DNA from: Gammaproteobacteria bacterium
GTDB lineage: Bacteria > Pseudomonadota > Gammaproteobacteria > UBA4575
NCBI GenBank assembly: GCA_965203725.1
Contig: CBDBDH010000002.1
Coordinates: forward strand, 478,829 to 542,828
Direction of reading: 5' to 3'
Length of the DNA stretch: 64,000 bases
Numbering within the stretch: position 1 is the first letter of the stretch; the number at the start of each line of letters is the position of its first letter. This document shows positions 19,943-31,998 of this stretch, piece after piece. A program made the translations under genes and the position numbers. The notes below the pieces were generated by a model. That model was not told the origin of the DNA. It saw only the letters and a list, made by a program, of their open reading frames with translations, and made no database searches.

Positions 19943-20782
19943 ATGTCATCGCATATTCACGTGGATCTCGAGTTCCTGCTGCTGGCCGGCACCCTGGTGA
20001 CCGGTCTGGTCTGGCTGCTCGACCGGTACTGCCTTCGTGAGCGGCGGGCGGCGAAGACGGCAACGGCCGTTTCTTCCGGGAGTCAGGACGAGACCGCATC
20101 CGGGGAGGACCCGCGTGACCGGGATCCCTGGTTTATCGAGCTGTGCATTTCGTTTTTTCCGATCCTCCTGATCGTGCTGGTGCTTCGGTCCTTCATCGCC
20201 GAACCCTTCCGGATTCCCTCAGGCTCCATGATGCCTACCCTGTTGCACGGGGACTTCATCCTGGTGAACAAGTTCAGTTACGGGGTCCGGCTGCCGGTGC
20301 TGCATGCCAAGATCCTCGATACCGGCGCCCCGCAACGCGGAGACGTCGCGGTGTTCCGCTTCCCGAGCGACCCCTCCGTGGACTACATCAAGCGCATCAT
20401 CGGTCTGCCGGGAGATTTCATCGAGTACCGCAACAAGACGATCTTCATCAACCACCGCCCCATGGCGCAGGTGGAAACCGGTGTGTACCACGGGGACGGT
20501 GCCGACAGCGTGATGAACGGCATCCCGATGTACAGCGAGGACCTGCAGGTGCTGGAGCACGATGTGCTGGTCCGCGACCCGAGACGCAACCGGCCGATCG
20601 CAGAACAGGTTCCCGAGGACCACTACTTCGTCATGGGCGACAACCGCGACCACAGCAGCGACAGCCGGAGCTGGGGCTTCGTTCCGGAAAAAAACCTGGT
20701 CGGGCGGGCCTTCCTGGTGTGGATGAACTGGGACTATGCCGGCAAGACCTTCGACTTCGAGCGCATCGGCAACAAGATCTAG
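19943..20782 (+). CDS. lepB: Signal peptidase I
   Basis: RSFIAEPFRIPSGSMMPTL..GDFILVNKF, DYIKRIIGLPGD, MGDNRDHSSDSRSWG. Confidence 0.98.
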   Translation: MSSHIHVDLEFLLLAGTLVTGLVWLLDRYCLRERRAAKTATAVSSGSQDETASGEDPRDRDPWFIELCISFFPILLIVLVLRSFIAEPFRIPSGSMMPTLLHGDFILVNKFSYGVRLPVLHAKILDTGAPQRGDVAVFRFPSDPSVDYIKRIIGLPGDFIEYRNKTIFINHRPMAQVETGVYHGDGADSVMNGIPMYSEDLQVLEHDVLVRDPRRNRPIAEQVPEDHYFVMGDNRDHSSDSRSWGFVPEKNLVGRAFLVWMNWDYAGKTFDFERIGNKI

Positions 20783-20924
20783 CCACGCCCTGCACCGGGG
20801 CCGCGAATTGGTCTCCCCGGGCGCGCTGGTATAAAATCACCGGCGCACCATGTTGAATTGCAGCACACCCTGCCTGATCCTGGCCCCGTGTGCGACCACT
20901 CCCTGAAGACTGACAGTAAATAGA

Positions 20925-21593
20925 TTGCAGCTTACCGACATCCTAGACGAGTCCTTCCGAGGCTCTGACCATTTTCACCAGGCGCTGACCCATCGCAGTG
21001 CCGGGGTCCACAACAACGAGAGACTGGAGTACCTGGGGGATGCGCTGCTGGGATTTTTCATTGCCGAGTGGCTCTTCCTTCGCTACGCCGACTGCCCCGA
21101 GGGCGACCTGACCCGGTTGCGCGCGCACCTGGTGCGACAGGAGACGCTGGCCGAGATCGCGCGCGAACTGGAGCTCGGCAAGCACCTCTCCCTGGGGGCG
21201 GGGGAGATCAAGTCGGGCGGGGCGCAGCGGGACTCGATCCTGGCCAATGCGCTGGAGGCCCTGCTCGGTGCCGTGTACCTCTCGCAGGGGCTGGAGCGGG
21301 CGCGAAAGCTCGTCATGGACCTGTACGGCACGAGGCTTGAGCGCATTCCATCCGTGGAGCAGCTCAAGGACGCCAAGACGAAGCTGCAGGAACTCCTGCA
21401 GTCCGAGGGGCTGGACCTGCCCCGCTACGTGCTGCAGAAGCAGGTGCGCAAATCAGGCGATGAGCTGTTCACGGTCGAATGCATCGTCGCGGGCTGTCGC
21501 GAACCGTTCGTGGCCACCGGCAAGAGCCGGCGCCTGGCCGAACAGGATGCGGCCCGGCTGGCCCTGGCCCACGTGTTGGGGCAGGAGTCCTGA
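20925..21593 (+). CDS. rnc: Ribonuclease III
   Basis: NERLEYLGDALL, LANALEALLGA, dsRBD DAKTKLQELLQ; TTG start. Confidence 0.98.
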   Translation: MQLTDILDESFRGSDHFHQALTHRSAGVHNNERLEYLGDALLGFFIAEWLFLRYADCPEGDLTRLRAHLVRQETLAEIARELELGKHLSLGAGEIKSGGAQRDSILANALEALLGAVYLSQGLERARKLVMDLYGTRLERIPSVEQLKDAKTKLQELLQSEGLDLPRYVLQKQVRKSGDELFTVECIVAGCREPFVATGKSRRLAEQDAARLALAHVLGQES

Positions 21594-21602
21594 AGGGCCT
21601 GC

Positions 21603-22490
21603 ATGCCGGGGGAGTCAAAATGCGGGTTCGTGAGCATCGTGGGCCGGGCCAATGTCGGCAAGTCCACCCTGTTCAACAAGCTGCTCGGCGACCAGCTGTC
21701 CGTCACCACCCACAAGCCGCACACCACGCGCAATAACATCCGCGGCATCCTGAGCCTCGAGCGCTGCCAGCTGGTGCTGGTGGACACCCCGGGCGTACAG
21801 CTCAGCCACCGGCGGCTGATGCACCGGGTGATGCTCAGCAATGCGCTGTCCTCCCTGCAGGAAGTCGACGTGGTGATGATGCTGGTCGAGCCGTATGTCT
21901 GGAACCGCGAAGACGACTACCTGCTCGAGCAGATTGGCCAGATCAAGGCCTCGGTCGTGCTGGTGATCAACAAGGTCGACAGGATCAGGGACAAGTCCGA
22001 ACTGCTGCCCGTCATCGACGCGCTGAAGTCCCGGCATGCCTTCGACAGCATCGTGCCGCTGTCCGCGCTGCATGATCCGGATGCCACGGCACTGAGCCGT
22101 GAGCTGTGCCGGTTCTGTCCGCATTCGGAGTTCCTGTTTCCACGGGATGCGAAGTGGGACCGCGACGATGCCTTCGTGGTCGCGGAAATCGTGCGCGGCG
22201 TGGCCATGGTGCAGTTGCAAAAAGAACTGCCCTATGTGCTCTACACGGAAGTCGAGACCCTCGAGTTCGAGGAAAGCCTGGTCACGGTGTCGGTGGTGAT
22301 CTGGGTGGAGAAAGACAGCCAGAAGGCCATCGTGATCGGCAAGAAAGGCGCCCGGCTGAAGGCCATCGGCGAGCAGGCGCGCCGGCGCCTGGAGCGGGTT
22401 TTTCACAGGAAGGTGATGCTCAGCACCTGGGTCAAGGTCAAGCAGAACTGGCAGGACCAGCAGGGCATCGTCTCGCGGTTCGAGCATTAG
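21603..22490 (+). CDS. era: GTPase Era
   Basis: GRANVGKST, TTR, DTPG, NKVD, KH domain VIGKKG. Confidence 0.97.
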   Translation: MPGESKCGFVSIVGRANVGKSTLFNKLLGDQLSVTTHKPHTTRNNIRGILSLERCQLVLVDTPGVQLSHRRLMHRVMLSNALSSLQEVDVVMMLVEPYVWNREDDYLLEQIGQIKASVVLVINKVDRIRDKSELLPVIDALKSRHAFDSIVPLSALHDPDATALSRELCRFCPHSEFLFPRDAKWDRDDAFVVAEIVRGVAMVQLQKELPYVLYTEVETLEFEESLVTVSVVIWVEKDSQKAIVIGKKGARLKAIGEQARRRLERVFHRKVMLSTWVKVKQNWQDQQGIVSRFEH

Positions 22491-22503
22491 AGGACAGGCA
22501 CCC

Positions 22504-23223
22504 TTGGCAAAAAAAGTACAGCTGCAGCCGGCCTACTGCATGCATGCACGGTCCTACCGGGAGTCCAGCCAGATCGTGGACATGCTGACACCGGCTCACG
22601 GCCTGATCGCGGCGGTATACCGCAGCTCGAGAAAACAGCGCGGCGCCACCGGGATCCTGTTTGCCCCGCTGCTGATCTCGTGGAGCGGCAACGGCGAGCT
22701 GTTCACGCTGACCCATGTCGAGTCCCAGGGCGCCCGCCACTTCGATCAGCCCGGCATGAGCGTCGTCGGCATGTACCTGAACGAGCTGATTCTGAGGCTG
22801 ACTCCGAAGTCCAGTCCCAGCCCGGGCATTTTCGATTTGTACCGCAGTGTCGTCATGGCACTGGGCGGAAATGAAATACCGTGCGAGAATCTGTTGCGCC
22901 TGTTCGAGATCAAGCTGCTGGAGAAGACCGGGCACGGTCTTTTGCTGGACCGCGAAGCGGATCACGAGACCGAGATTCAGCCGCATGCCGTTTATCGTTA
23001 TGATGTGGAATCGGGCCCGGTGCGCGTTGACCAGTCCGCCCCGGCATGGAACATCCTGCAAGGAACTACATTGATCGCACTTCAGTCACCGCTGGAAATG
23101 AAACACGAATCACGCGCGGCGGCCAAGAAATTCATGCGCGGCCTGGTTGACCTGCATCTGGGCTCGCGCCCCTTGCGAAGCCGCGAAATCCTGCAGTTCA
23201 TGCGCACGAGCCCGCCGGACTGA
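22504..23223 (+). CDS. recO: DNA repair protein RecO
   Basis: LQPAY..H.RSYRESSQIVDMLT..HG; YLNELILRL; position after era. Confidence 0.95.
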   Translation: MAKKVQLQPAYCMHARSYRESSQIVDMLTPAHGLIAAVYRSSRKQRGATGILFAPLLISWSGNGELFTLTHVESQGARHFDQPGMSVVGMYLNELILRLTPKSSPSPGIFDLYRSVVMALGGNEIPCENLLRLFEIKLLEKTGHGLLLDREADHETEIQPHAVYRYDVESGPVRVDQSAPAWNILQGTTLIALQSPLEMKHESRAAAKKFMRGLVDLHLGSRPLRSREILQFMRTSPPD

Positions 23224-23245
23224 TCCCGCCTGCGAGTATTCCCCG

Positions 23246-23980
23246 ATGCCTGCTGAATCCAGAGTGCGACTTGGCGTGAATCTTGATCACGTCATGACGA
23301 TCCGCCAGGCAAGGGGCACGGCCTACCCGGATCTGCAGGAGGCCATTGCGGCAACGGAGCGCGCCGGGGCCGACGGAATCACCATGCACCTTCGCGAGGA
23401 CCGCCGCCACATCCAGGATGCCGACGTCTACCTGGCCAGGCGCGTGATCCAGACCAGCATGAACCTGGAGATGGCGGCGACCGACGAGATGCGCGACATC
23501 GCCCTGGATGTGCTCCCGCAACACTGCTGCATCGTTCCGGAAAAGCGCATGGAACTGACCACGGAAGGGGGGCTCGACGTGCTGGCCCACCAGGCGAGGA
23601 TCACGGATCTTTCAAGCACACTGAGTGAAGCCGGAATCATCGTGTCCCTGTTCATCGAGGCGGACGAGAAAACGGTGGCGGCCGCTGCCGAAACCGGCGC
23701 CGGCGCGGTCGAACTGCATACCGGCACGTATGCACAGGCCCGCGGCCGGGCGCAAGGGGAGGAACTGGACAGGATCCGTGCCGCCGCGCGCCAGGCGCAC
23801 GCGCTTGGCCTGACCGTCAATGCCGGGCACGGCCTGCACCGCGCCAATGTCGCGGCCATTGCCGGCATCGAGAACATGCACGAGCTGAACATCGGTCACT
23901 CGATCGTGGCCGATGCCCTGCTCATGGGACTGGAGGAAGCCGTGCGCCAGATGAGAGCCGCCATGGATGCGGGGCATTGA
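23246..23980 (+). CDS. pdxJ: Pyridoxine 5'-phosphate synthase
   Basis: LGVNLDHV.TIRQAR, HLREDRRHIQD, ELTTEGGLDV, NAGHGL, ELNIGHSI. Confidence 0.98.
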   Translation: MPAESRVRLGVNLDHVMTIRQARGTAYPDLQEAIAATERAGADGITMHLREDRRHIQDADVYLARRVIQTSMNLEMAATDEMRDIALDVLPQHCCIVPEKRMELTTEGGLDVLAHQARITDLSSTLSEAGIIVSLFIEADEKTVAAAAETGAGAVELHTGTYAQARGRAQGEELDRIRAAARQAHALGLTVNAGHGLHRANVAAIAGIENMHELNIGHSIVADALLMGLEEAVRQMRAAMDAGH

Positions 23981-23981
23981 C

Positions 23982-24368
23982 ATGGAACTGATCGGCAGCG
24001 GGGTGGACATCGTGGACAACCGGCGCATCCGCAGGATCCATGGCCGCTATCCCGAGGCCTTTGCACGACGGATCCTGCATGCCCGCGAACTCGAGGAATT
24101 TACGGGTGAGACGAACAAGCCCCAGTACCTCGCCAGCCGCTTTTCGGTCAAGGAAGCCATCGCCAAGGCGTTCGGGCTCGGCATTCGCGCCCCGATGACA
24201 TGGAGGAACATCTGCATCAGCCATGACGCCCTGGGCAAGCCGGAAGCCCACTTCGAGAAAGTGCTCAGGGACCATCTCGGGGTGGATGCCTTGCAGGTGT
24301 CTGTTAGTATTTCCCATGAGCAGCACTATACGGTGGCGCACGCCATCGCATTTGATAACGGCCCATGA
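23982..24368 (+). CDS. acpS: Holo-[ACP] synthase
   Basis: GVDIV, ASRFSVKEAIAKAFG, GKP, VSISHE. Confidence 0.95.
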   Translation: MELIGSGVDIVDNRRIRRIHGRYPEAFARRILHARELEEFTGETNKPQYLASRFSVKEAIAKAFGLGIRAPMTWRNICISHDALGKPEAHFEKVLRDHLGVDALQVSVSISHEQHYTVAHAIAFDNGP

Positions 24369-25261
24369 ATACGCCCACGCTTGAAAAATTTGTCGGCAAC
24401 ACGCCGCTGGTCCGGCTGCAGCGCCTGCCGGGGTCGACCTCCAACCGGATACTGGCCAAGCTCGAAGGCAACAACCCGGCGGGTTCGGTCAAGGACCGCC
24501 CGGCGCTCAGCATGATCGTCGAGGCCGAGCGGCGCGGCGAAATCGAGCCCGGCGACCACCTGATCGAGGCGACCAGCGGCAACACCGGCATCGCGCTCGC
24601 CATGGTGGCCGCCATGATGGGCTATCGGATGAAACTGATCATGCCCGAGAACATGAGCCTGGAGCGGCGCGCCTCCATGCAGGCCTTCGGGGCCGAGCTG
24701 ATCCTGGTGACCGTGGAGGAAGGCATGGAACGGGCTCGCGACCTGGCCCTGGAGATGCAGGCCCGGGGCGAGGGCAAGGTGCTGGACCAGTTTGCCAACC
24801 CGGACAACCCGCTTTCGCACTACCGCAGCACCGGCCCGGAGGTGTTTGCGGACACCGAAGGCCAGGTTACTCACTTCGTGAGTTCCATGGGCACCACCGG
24901 GACGATCATGGGGGTGTCCAGATACCTGAAGGAGGTCAAGCCCGAGGTCCAAATCGTCGGCGTCGAGCCTGCCGAGGGCTCCAGGATTCCGGGCATCCGC
25001 AAATGGCCCGAGGCCTATATTCCGAAGATATTCGATGCCCGCGCGGTGGACCGCATGATCGAGGTCACTCAACAGGAGGCCGAGGCCATGATGCGAAGGC
25101 TCGGCCGCGAGGAGGGCATCTTTTGCGGGGTCTCCTCCGGGGGCGCGGTCGCCGCCGCCCTGAGGCTGTCAGAAGAGGTGAGTGATGCGGTGATCGTCAC
25201 CATCATCTGCGACCGGGGAGACCGCTACCTGTCCACGGGGCTTTTTTCAGAGGACGCATGA
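24365..25261 (+). CDS. cysM: Cysteine synthase B
   Basis: KLEGNNPAGSVKDRPA, EATSGNTGIALA, SSMGTTGT, GIRKWP, CDRGDRYLS. Confidence 0.97.
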   Translation: MNTPTLEKFVGNTPLVRLQRLPGSTSNRILAKLEGNNPAGSVKDRPALSMIVEAERRGEIEPGDHLIEATSGNTGIALAMVAAMMGYRMKLIMPENMSLERRASMQAFGAELILVTVEEGMERARDLALEMQARGEGKVLDQFANPDNPLSHYRSTGPEVFADTEGQVTHFVSSMGTTGTIMGVSRYLKEVKPEVQIVGVEPAEGSRIPGIRKWPEAYIPKIFDARAVDRMIEVTQQEAEAMMRRLGREEGIFCGVSSGGAVAAALRLSEEVSDAVIVTIICDRGDRYLSTGLFSEDA

Positions 25262-25273
25262 AAGGATAGATGC

Positions 25274-26047
25274 ATGAATGTTTTTGTCTTTGACGTCGAA
25301 TCCGTGCCGGATATCGAATCCGGTAGGAAAATCCATGATCTGCAGGGGCTGGAGGATGCCGATGTCGTTCGCGCCATGGAGCAGTTGCGAAGCCAGCAGA
25401 CGGGCAACACGTTCATGCCCCACTACCTGCAGCGCATCGTCGCCATCTCGGTGGTGCTGAGCACGGCCGACAGCCTGCGGGTCTGGTCCCTGGGTTCGCC
25501 CGAGTCCGGTGAGAAGGAACTGCTGGAGCGCTTTTTTGCAGGCCTGGAGAAATACAACCCGACGCTGGTGTCCTGGAACGGCAGCGGGTTCGACCTGCCG
25601 GTGATCCAGTTCCGTTCCCTGCTGCACGGAATCGATGCCCACCATTACTGGCAAACGGGCGATGAAGACACGAGCTTTCGCTACAACAACTACCTGAGCC
25701 GGTTCCACTGGCGCCATATCGACCTGATGGACGTGCTGGCCGGCTACCAGCCGCGCGCGTTCGCCAAGCTCGATCACATCGCCACCATGCTGGGCTTTCC
25801 CGGAAAGACGGGCATGGACGGCAGCCAGGTGGGCGAGGCCTGGCTGGCCGGCGAGATCGAGGCGATCCGCAATTACTGCGAAACGGATGCGCTGAACACC
25901 TACCTGGTCTACCTGTGTTTCGAGAAGATGCGGGGCAAGCTCTCAGAGGGCATGTACGCGAACAGGATCGAGCAGGTCAGGACATCCCTCACCGAGGCGC
26001 AAAAGCCCCACTTCGACGATTTCCTCAAGCACTGGGCTTCAGGCTAG
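25274..26047 (+). CDS. PolB-like 3'-5' exonuclease family protein
   Basis: [39 protein letters not shown] (DEDD motifs); commonly follows cysM. Confidence 0.9.
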   Translation: MNVFVFDVESVPDIESGRKIHDLQGLEDADVVRAMEQLRSQQTGNTFMPHYLQRIVAISVVLSTADSLRVWSLGSPESGEKELLERFFAGLEKYNPTLVSWNGSGFDLPVIQFRSLLHGIDAHHYWQTGDEDTSFRYNNYLSRFHWRHIDLMDVLAGYQPRAFAKLDHIATMLGFPGKTGMDGSQVGEAWLAGEIEAIRNYCETDALNTYLVYLCFEKMRGKLSEGMYANRIEQVRTSLTEAQKPHFDDFLKHWASG

Positions 26048-27166
26048 AAGTTTCTGCAGCACCCGTTCGTAGATGGCCGTCAGCTGTTCCAGTTCGTCGA
26101 GGCCGATGTGCTCATCCGCCTTGTGGATGCTGGCATTCACGGGCCCGAGCTCGGCTACTTGCGCCCCGGTCGGCGCGATGAACCGCCCGTCCGAGGTGCC
26201 GCCGCTGGTCGCCAGTTCCGGTCGAACCTGGATCGTATCCTCGATCGCCTGCACGCAGGCATCCACCAGCTCTCCGGGCTCGCAGTAGAACGGGTTGCCC
26301 GACAGGCGCCACTCCAGGGCGTAGTCCAGGGCGTGGCTGTCGAGGATTTCCCGGACCCGCGACTGGATTTCTTCTGCCGTGGTTTCCGTTGAGAACCGCA
26401 GGTTGAATTCCACGCTCAGTTCGCCCGGGATGACGTTGGCAGCACCCGTGCCCGCATGGATGTTGGATACCTGCAGGGAGGTGGCCGGGAAATTCGCATT
26501 GCCCGAATCCCAGCGGGTGGCCACCAGTTCGGCCAGCGCCGGTGCGCATTCGTGGATGGGATTTTTGGCGATCTTCGGGTAGGCGACATGGCCCTGGATG
26601 CCCGTCACCTTCAGGCTCGCCGACAGGGAACCGCGGCGCCCGATTTTCATGGTGTCGCCCGCGGTGTTCTGGCTGCTGGGCTCTCCCACGAGGCACCAGT
26701 CGATGACTTCGTCGCGGGCCTGCAGGCGCTCGATGACCTTCACCGTGCCATCCACGGCCGGCCCTTCCTCGTCGCTGGTCAGCAAGAAGGCAATGGAGCC
26801 TGCATGATCCGGATGCGCGCGGATGAAGTTTTCACAGGCCACGGTCATGGCCGCGATGCTGGATTTCATGTCGGCCGCACCGCGCCCGAACAGGCAGCCG
26901 TCGCGAATGACCGGCTCGAACGGCGGTGAGTTCCAGCGGGCTTCGGGACCGGGCGGCACGACGTCGGTGTGCCCGGCGAATACCAGCAGGGGCGCCCGGT
27001 CGCCGCGGCGCAGCCAGACATTGCTGACCTCGCCGAAATTCATGACCTCGGCTTCAAAGCCGCAGGCTTCGAGGCGCTCGCCGACCAGGGACTGACAGCC
27101 GCAGTCCAGCGGCGTGACCGAGGGCTGGCGGATCAGCTCTTTCGCAAGTTCAAGGGTGGCAGACAT
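26039..27166 (-). CDS. dapE: Succinyl-diaminopimelate desuccinylase
   Basis: [48 protein letters not shown]. Confidence 0.98.
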   Translation of the reverse strand: MSATLELAKELIRQPSVTPLDCGCQSLVGERLEACGFEAEVMNFGEVSNVWLRRGDRAPLLVFAGHTDVVPPGPEARWNSPPFEPVIRDGCLFGRGAADMKSSIAAMTVACENFIRAHPDHAGSIAFLLTSDEEGPAVDGTVKVIERLQARDEVIDWCLVGEPSSQNTAGDTMKIGRRGSLSASLKVTGIQGHVAYPKIAKNPIHECAPALAELVATRWDSGNANFPATSLQVSNIHAGTGAANVIPGELSVEFNLRFSTETTAEEIQSRVREILDSHALDYALEWRLSGNPFYCEPGELVDACVQAIEDTIQVRPELATSGGTSDGRFIAPTGAQVAELGPVNASIHKADEHIGLDELEQLTAIYERVLQKLLA

Positions 27167-27229
27167 GGCGTACGGGAATCATGCACCGGCCAGGCTCACC
27201 TGTGGAAGGGTCCATGCCGGGTGCCTCTA

Positions 27230-28057
27230 TCAGTTGACGGTGCGCAACAGCTCGTTGATGCCCACCTTGCTGCGGGTCTTTTCATCAACCTGCTTGACGA
27301 TCACGGCACAGTACAGGCTGTACTTGCCGTCCCTGGAGGGAAGGTTTCCCGAGACCACCACCGAGCCCGCCGGGATGCGCCCGTAACTGACCTCGTTCGT
27401 CTCGCGGTTGTAGATGCGCGTGCTCTTGCCGATGTAGACCCCCATCGAGATGACGGAGCCTTTCTCGACCACCACGCCTTCGACGACCTCGGAGCGGGCG
27501 CCGATGAAGCAGTCGTCCTCGATGATCGTGGGCGCGGCCTGCAGGGGCTCCAGCACCCCGCCGATCCCGACCCCTCCGGACAGGTGCACGTTCCTGCCGA
27601 TTTGTGCGCACGAGCCGACGGTCGCCCAGGTGTCCACCATGGTTCCCGAGTCCACGTAGGCGCCGATGTTGACGTAACTGGGCATGAGCACCACGTCCGG
27701 GGCGACGTACGCCCCGTGGCGGGCCATCGCCGGCGGCACGATTCGCGCGCCCTGCTGTAGCATGCCGTCCTCGTCCATCTGCGCGTACTTGCCGGGCACC
27801 TTGTCGTAGTACTTGGTGAAGCCCGCATCGATCACCCGGTTTTCGTGGATGCGAAACGAGAGCAGCACCGCTTTCTTGATCCACTCGTGGACCACCCAGT
27901 CACCGCCCTGTTTCTCGGCCACGCGCAGCTCGCCCCGGTCCAGTTGCCCGAGGGTGTGTTCCACCGCCTCCCGGGTCCTGTCATCCACCGAGGCCGGGGT
28001 GATTTCGGTGCGGCGCTCAAAGGCCTGCTCGATGATGTCCTGGCTGGGATCGCTCAT
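27230..28057 (-). CDS. dapD: Tetrahydrodipicolinate N-succinyltransferase
   Basis: [50 protein letters not shown]. Confidence 0.98.
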   Translation of the reverse strand: MSDPSQDIIEQAFERRTEITPASVDDRTREAVEHTLGQLDRGELRVAEKQGGDWVVHEWIKKAVLLSFRIHENRVIDAGFTKYYDKVPGKYAQMDEDGMLQQGARIVPPAMARHGAYVAPDVVLMPSYVNIGAYVDSGTMVDTWATVGSCAQIGRNVHLSGGVGIGGVLEPLQAAPTIIEDDCFIGARSEVVEGVVVEKGSVISMGVYIGKSTRIYNRETNEVSYGRIPAGSVVVSGNLPSRDGKYSLYCAVIVKQVDEKTRSKVGINELLRTVN

Positions 28058-28068
28058 TTTTTCTTCCT

Positions 28069-29271
28069 CTACTCGCTGGTCTCTTGCAAAAAGTCCCGAA
28101 TCCGGGTCGCAGCATGCAGACATTCTTGTTTCGTTGCAACCAGTGCCAGTCGCACACGCCGCCGGCCCGGGTTGGTCCCGGCCACTGTACGTGCCAGGTA
28201 ACTGCCCGGCAACGTCAGAACATTCCTGCTCGCAAAAAGTGCCCGGGTGAAATCCTCGTCGGACATGGGCAGTTGCGGCCACAGGTAAAAGCCGGCCTGC
28301 GGGGGTTCGCAGGGCAGGGCATCCTTGAGGATCTCGCACACCGTCTGGAACTTTTCCTGGTACAGCCTGCGGTTTTCGATCACGTGCGCCTCGTCTGACC
28401 AGGCCGCGATACTCGCGGCCTGCACAGGCAGCGACAGGGTGCAGCCATGGTAGGTGCGGTACTGCAGGAACTTCCGGATCAGGCGGGCATCGCCGGCGAC
28501 GAAGCCCGAACGCATGCCGGGGGCATTGGAGCGTTTCGACAGGCTGTAGAAGGCGAGGCAATTGTGCAGGCTGTCCTCCCCGGCACCCTGGCACGCCGCC
28601 AGCAGGCCCATGGGCGGCGGACTGTGCGGCGGGTAGATCTCCGAGTAGCACTCGTCGGAGGCGATGACGAAACCGTAGCGCATCGAGTACTCGACCAGCT
28701 TTTGCAGCACAGCCTGCGGGGCGACCTGTCCGGACGGGTTGCCGGGCGTGCACAGGTACACCAGCTGCACGCGCTTCCAGGTCGCATCGTCCAGTGTCCA
28801 CAGCGCGGGGATGTCCCCGTCCACCACCGCGCCGTCGTAGTAGACTGGCTCGGCCCCTGCCAGCAGGGCCGCCCCCTCGTAGATCTGGTAGAAGGGATTC
28901 GGGATCAGCACCACCGGGCGGTCCGTGGCATCGACCATGCATTGCGCGCAGGCGAACAGGGCCTCGCGCGTGCCGTTGACCGGCAGCACGTTCACATCCT
29001 CGCGGATGACCTCGCCGGGCAGGGCAAAGCGCTGCACCAGCCAGCGGGCCACGGCCACTCGCAGGGCTTCCAAGCCGCGGGTGGTCGGGTAGCGGTTCAG
29101 TTGCGACAGGGTCTCGGTGTAGGCCTCCAGGATGCACGGCGGGGTCGCATGGCGCGGCTCGCCCACCGCCAGGGAGACCGGCTCCAGGCCACCCTCGTGG
29201 GGGTGGGGCTCGATCAGGCGCTTGAGCTTCTCGAACGGATAGGCCTGCAGCTTTTCCAGGTGCGGGTTCAT
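28069..29271 (-). CDS. dapC: Succinyldiaminopimelate transaminase
   Basis: [57 protein letters not shown]. Confidence 0.96.
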   Translation of the reverse strand: MNPHLEKLQAYPFEKLKRLIEPHPHEGGLEPVSLAVGEPRHATPPCILEAYTETLSQLNRYPTTRGLEALRVAVARWLVQRFALPGEVIREDVNVLPVNGTREALFACAQCMVDATDRPVVLIPNPFYQIYEGAALLAGAEPVYYDGAVVDGDIPALWTLDDATWKRVQLVYLCTPGNPSGQVAPQAVLQKLVEYSMRYGFVIASDECYSEIYPPHSPPPMGLLAACQGAGEDSLHNCLAFYSLSKRSNAPGMRSGFVAGDARLIRKFLQYRTYHGCTLSLPVQAASIAAWSDEAHVIENRRLYQEKFQTVCEILKDALPCEPPQAGFYLWPQLPMSDEDFTRALFASRNVLTLPGSYLARTVAGTNPGRRRVRLALVATKQECLHAATRIRDFLQETSE

Positions 29272-31961
29272 GGGCTCAAAGCGCCGGCGCAAGGCGTGCG
29301 GTCGCATTGCAGGCACTGGTGGATGGCCCGGTCCAGCCCCTGCTGCTGTGCCTGGTCCAGGGGGCGGTTGTCCAGGGTGCTGATCTGGAAGACATTGTGC
29401 ACCCGTTCGCCCAGTTTCGAGATCTGGGCGTTGTGCACGGAGATGTTGCAGTTCACGAAGGCGTTGCCGAGGCTTGCCAGAAGGCCCGGAAAGTCCGGGG
29501 CCTTCAGGTCCATGGTGGTGTATCCGTGGTTTGCGCTGGGTTCGAACTGGGTCCGCACCGGCACCTGCATCTCGCGGACGGTTCTCGGCAGTTTCCAGCT
29601 GGAAGACGTCGAGATCCGCCCGGGATTTTTCAGTGCCGCGGTCAGTCTGGCCGCCACCTGCCGGCACTGGCCCTGGTCGCTGATCGGGCCGCCGTCCTCG
29701 CCGAGGACCAGGAAGGTATCCAGGGCGTGGCCCTTCCTGGAGGTAATGATGCGTGCATGCACGACGGTCAGGCCGAGTTTCGACAGGGTCGAGGTGATGT
29801 GTGCGAACAGGTAGTTGCGGTCGTTGCAGTAGATGAAGATCTCCGTCGCGCCACGCGCGCTGTACTGGTGGATGTGGACGACGACCTCGCCGTCGGACTG
29901 CTGGCCGATGATGGCGCTTGCCTGGCGCGCCACCTCGTCATCCGAGTGGCGCAGGAAATAGTCCTCCTCGAGTTCCTGCCAGAAGGCCAGGCAGCGGGCC
30001 CGGTTGATGCCCCGGCGGTCGAGCTGCTGCAGCGCGGAGGCCTTCACTTCCTGGATGAGCTCCCTGGGCTCGACCGGGGAATCCAGCCCATGGCGCAGGT
30101 ATTTCGAGATGTTCTGGAAAAGATCGGCCAGCAGGGTGCTGCGCCAGCTGTCCCAGAGCTTGGGATTGGTGCCGCGGATGTCGGCGATGGTCAGCAGGTA
30201 CAGGTAGTGCAGGCGCGCAAGGTTGCCGACGTTTTGCGCAAATTCCTTCAGCACCCTCGGATCACTGCAGTCAAGGTGCTGTGCGGTCTTGGACATGACC
30301 AGGTGGTTTTCCACCAGCCAGCCGACCAGGTTGGCGTCGAAGGCGCTGAGATTGTGATCCAGGCAGAACGTGCGGGCATCTTGCGCACCCAGTTCCGAGT
30401 GGTCGCCGTTGCGGCCCTTGGCGATGTCGTGGAAGAGTGCGGCGAGATACAGGATCAGGGCCTTGGGCGTCTGCGTGAACACGTCGTGGTAGGTGTCCAG
30501 TTCGTCCCCGGCTGCGGCGGCGCTGAACTGGCAGGCATTCTCGAACACGCGCAGGGTGTGCTCCTCGACGGTATACACGTGGTACAGGTCGAACTGCATT
30601 CTTCCGGTGACCGCATCGAAGCTCGGCCAGTACCTGCCGAGGACCCCGAGTTGCGCCATGCGGCGGATCTCCCGGCTGTTGGTGTTCGGGTGGTTGAGGA
30701 TCTCGATGAACAGTTCGCGGTGGCGGGCATCGCCCCGGAAGTCCTCGTCGATCAAATCCAGGTGATCGAGCAGCAGCTGGATGAGCCCGTCGCTGGGTCC
30801 GCTCAGCTGCTCGTGCTGCTGCAGCAGCCGGAACACCCGCAGGATGGCGGACGGACTCTGCCTGAAGATTTCCGCCGAGCGGGCCTCCAGGCGGTTGCCG
30901 CGGACCTGGAAGTGCGCATCGATCGGCCGGGCCCGGCGCCTCAGCAGGGAAGGAAAGATCTCGGACTGCAGGCGCTTGACGATGATCTCGGCGAGCGTCG
31001 ACAGCCGGTTAGTGGTGCGGTAGAACACCTGCATGAAGGCCTCCACCTGGAGGTTGCGCTGCGGATGTTCAAAGCCCATCCGCGAGGCCACGCCGCACTG
31101 GTAGTCGAACAGCAGGCGGTCTTCTCCGCGCCCCGTATGCAGGTGCAGGGCATAGCGGATCCGGGCCAGCGTGATGTAGGCCTCCTGCAGGGCAAAGAGT
31201 TCGCTGCCGGACAGGAAGCCGCGGTCCATCAGTTCCTCGAAGCTGGCGGTCCGAAAGTGGCGGTTGGTCAGCCAGCGAAGGGTGTGCAGGTCGCGCAGGC
31301 TGCCGGGGTTTTCCTTGACGTTGGGCTCGAGGTGGTTGGCGGTGTCGCCGTACTTGCGGTGGCGTGAATCCAGCTCCTCGGTCTTGGCCTCGAAGTACTT
31401 CTTGCTGGGCCAGACCTTGTTGCTGTCGATCAGCGCGGCGAAGCGCTCGTACAGCTGCCGGTTTCCGCACAGGTAGTGGTGCTCCATCAGGCTGGTCATG
31501 ATGGTGACGTCCTTGCGTGCCTCGCCGGCGCACTCCTTCAGGGTCCGCACGGACTGCGCGACGGGAATCCGGATGTCCCAGAGCAGGGTCAGGAAGGCCT
31601 TGACGGCCTGTTCGGTCTGCCCGTCACGGCCCTTGTCGAGCAGCACCATGAGATCGATGTCCGAGCCCGGGAAAAGCTCGCGGCGCCCGTAGCCGCCCAC
31701 GGCCACCAGGGCCGCGGTGCGGTCCGGTACCCGGCATTGCTGCCACAGGTTTCGCAGCATCTCGTCGGCGATGTGCGTGTTCAGGGCGATCAGTTCGTAG
31801 ATGTCCGCGTGCGGATCGAAGTCCCGGCGTTGCATCTCGCGGACCGACTCGCTGAATTCCCGGTACTGGGCGATGTCCAGCGGCTTGCGCGCCTGGATGT
31901 CGGCGAACCGCGCCGGCAGGGACCGGCGCTGGAGGACTTCGGTGAGGCGGATGTCGGGCAT
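29268..31961 (-). CDS. glnD: [Protein-PII] uridylyltransferase
   Basis: [50 protein letters not shown]-terminal ACT domains. Confidence 0.98.
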   Translation of the reverse strand: MPDIRLTEVLQRRSLPARFADIQARKPLDIAQYREFSESVREMQRRDFDPHADIYELIALNTHIADEMLRNLWQQCRVPDRTAALVAVGGYGRRELFPGSDIDLMVLLDKGRDGQTEQAVKAFLTLLWDIRIPVAQSVRTLKECAGEARKDVTIMTSLMEHHYLCGNRQLYERFAALIDSNKVWPSKKYFEAKTEELDSRHRKYGDTANHLEPNVKENPGSLRDLHTLRWLTNRHFRTASFEELMDRGFLSGSELFALQEAYITLARIRYALHLHTGRGEDRLLFDYQCGVASRMGFEHPQRNLQVEAFMQVFYRTTNRLSTLAEIIVKRLQSEIFPSLLRRRARPIDAHFQVRGNRLEARSAEIFRQSPSAILRVFRLLQQHEQLSGPSDGLIQLLLDHLDLIDEDFRGDARHRELFIEILNHPNTNSREIRRMAQLGVLGRYWPSFDAVTGRMQFDLYHVYTVEEHTLRVFENACQFSAAAAGDELDTYHDVFTQTPKALILYLAALFHDIAKGRNGDHSELGAQDARTFCLDHNLSAFDANLVGWLVENHLVMSKTAQHLDCSDPRVLKEFAQNVGNLARLHYLYLLTIADIRGTNPKLWDSWRSTLLADLFQNISKYLRHGLDSPVEPRELIQEVKASALQQLDRRGINRARCLAFWQELEEDYFLRHSDDEVARQASAIIGQQSDGEVVVHIHQYSARGATEIFIYCNDRNYLFAHITSTLSKLGLTVVHARIITSRKGHALDTFLVLGEDGGPISDQGQCRQVAARLTAALKNPGRISTSSSWKLPRTVREMQVPVRTQFEPSANHGYTTMDLKAPDFPGLLASLGNAFVNCNISVHNAQISKLGERVHNVFQISTLDNRPLDQAQQQGLDRAIHQCLQCDRTPCAGALSP

Positions 31962-31998
31962 GGGGTCGGCCTGGCGGGTCGGTGGCGCGGGTGCAGCG

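Noticed and set aside
27230-29137. 635-aa ORF suggesting an N-terminally extended or fused DapD
   Set aside because: The extension overlaps dapC in another frame; recognisable DapD begins at 28057.
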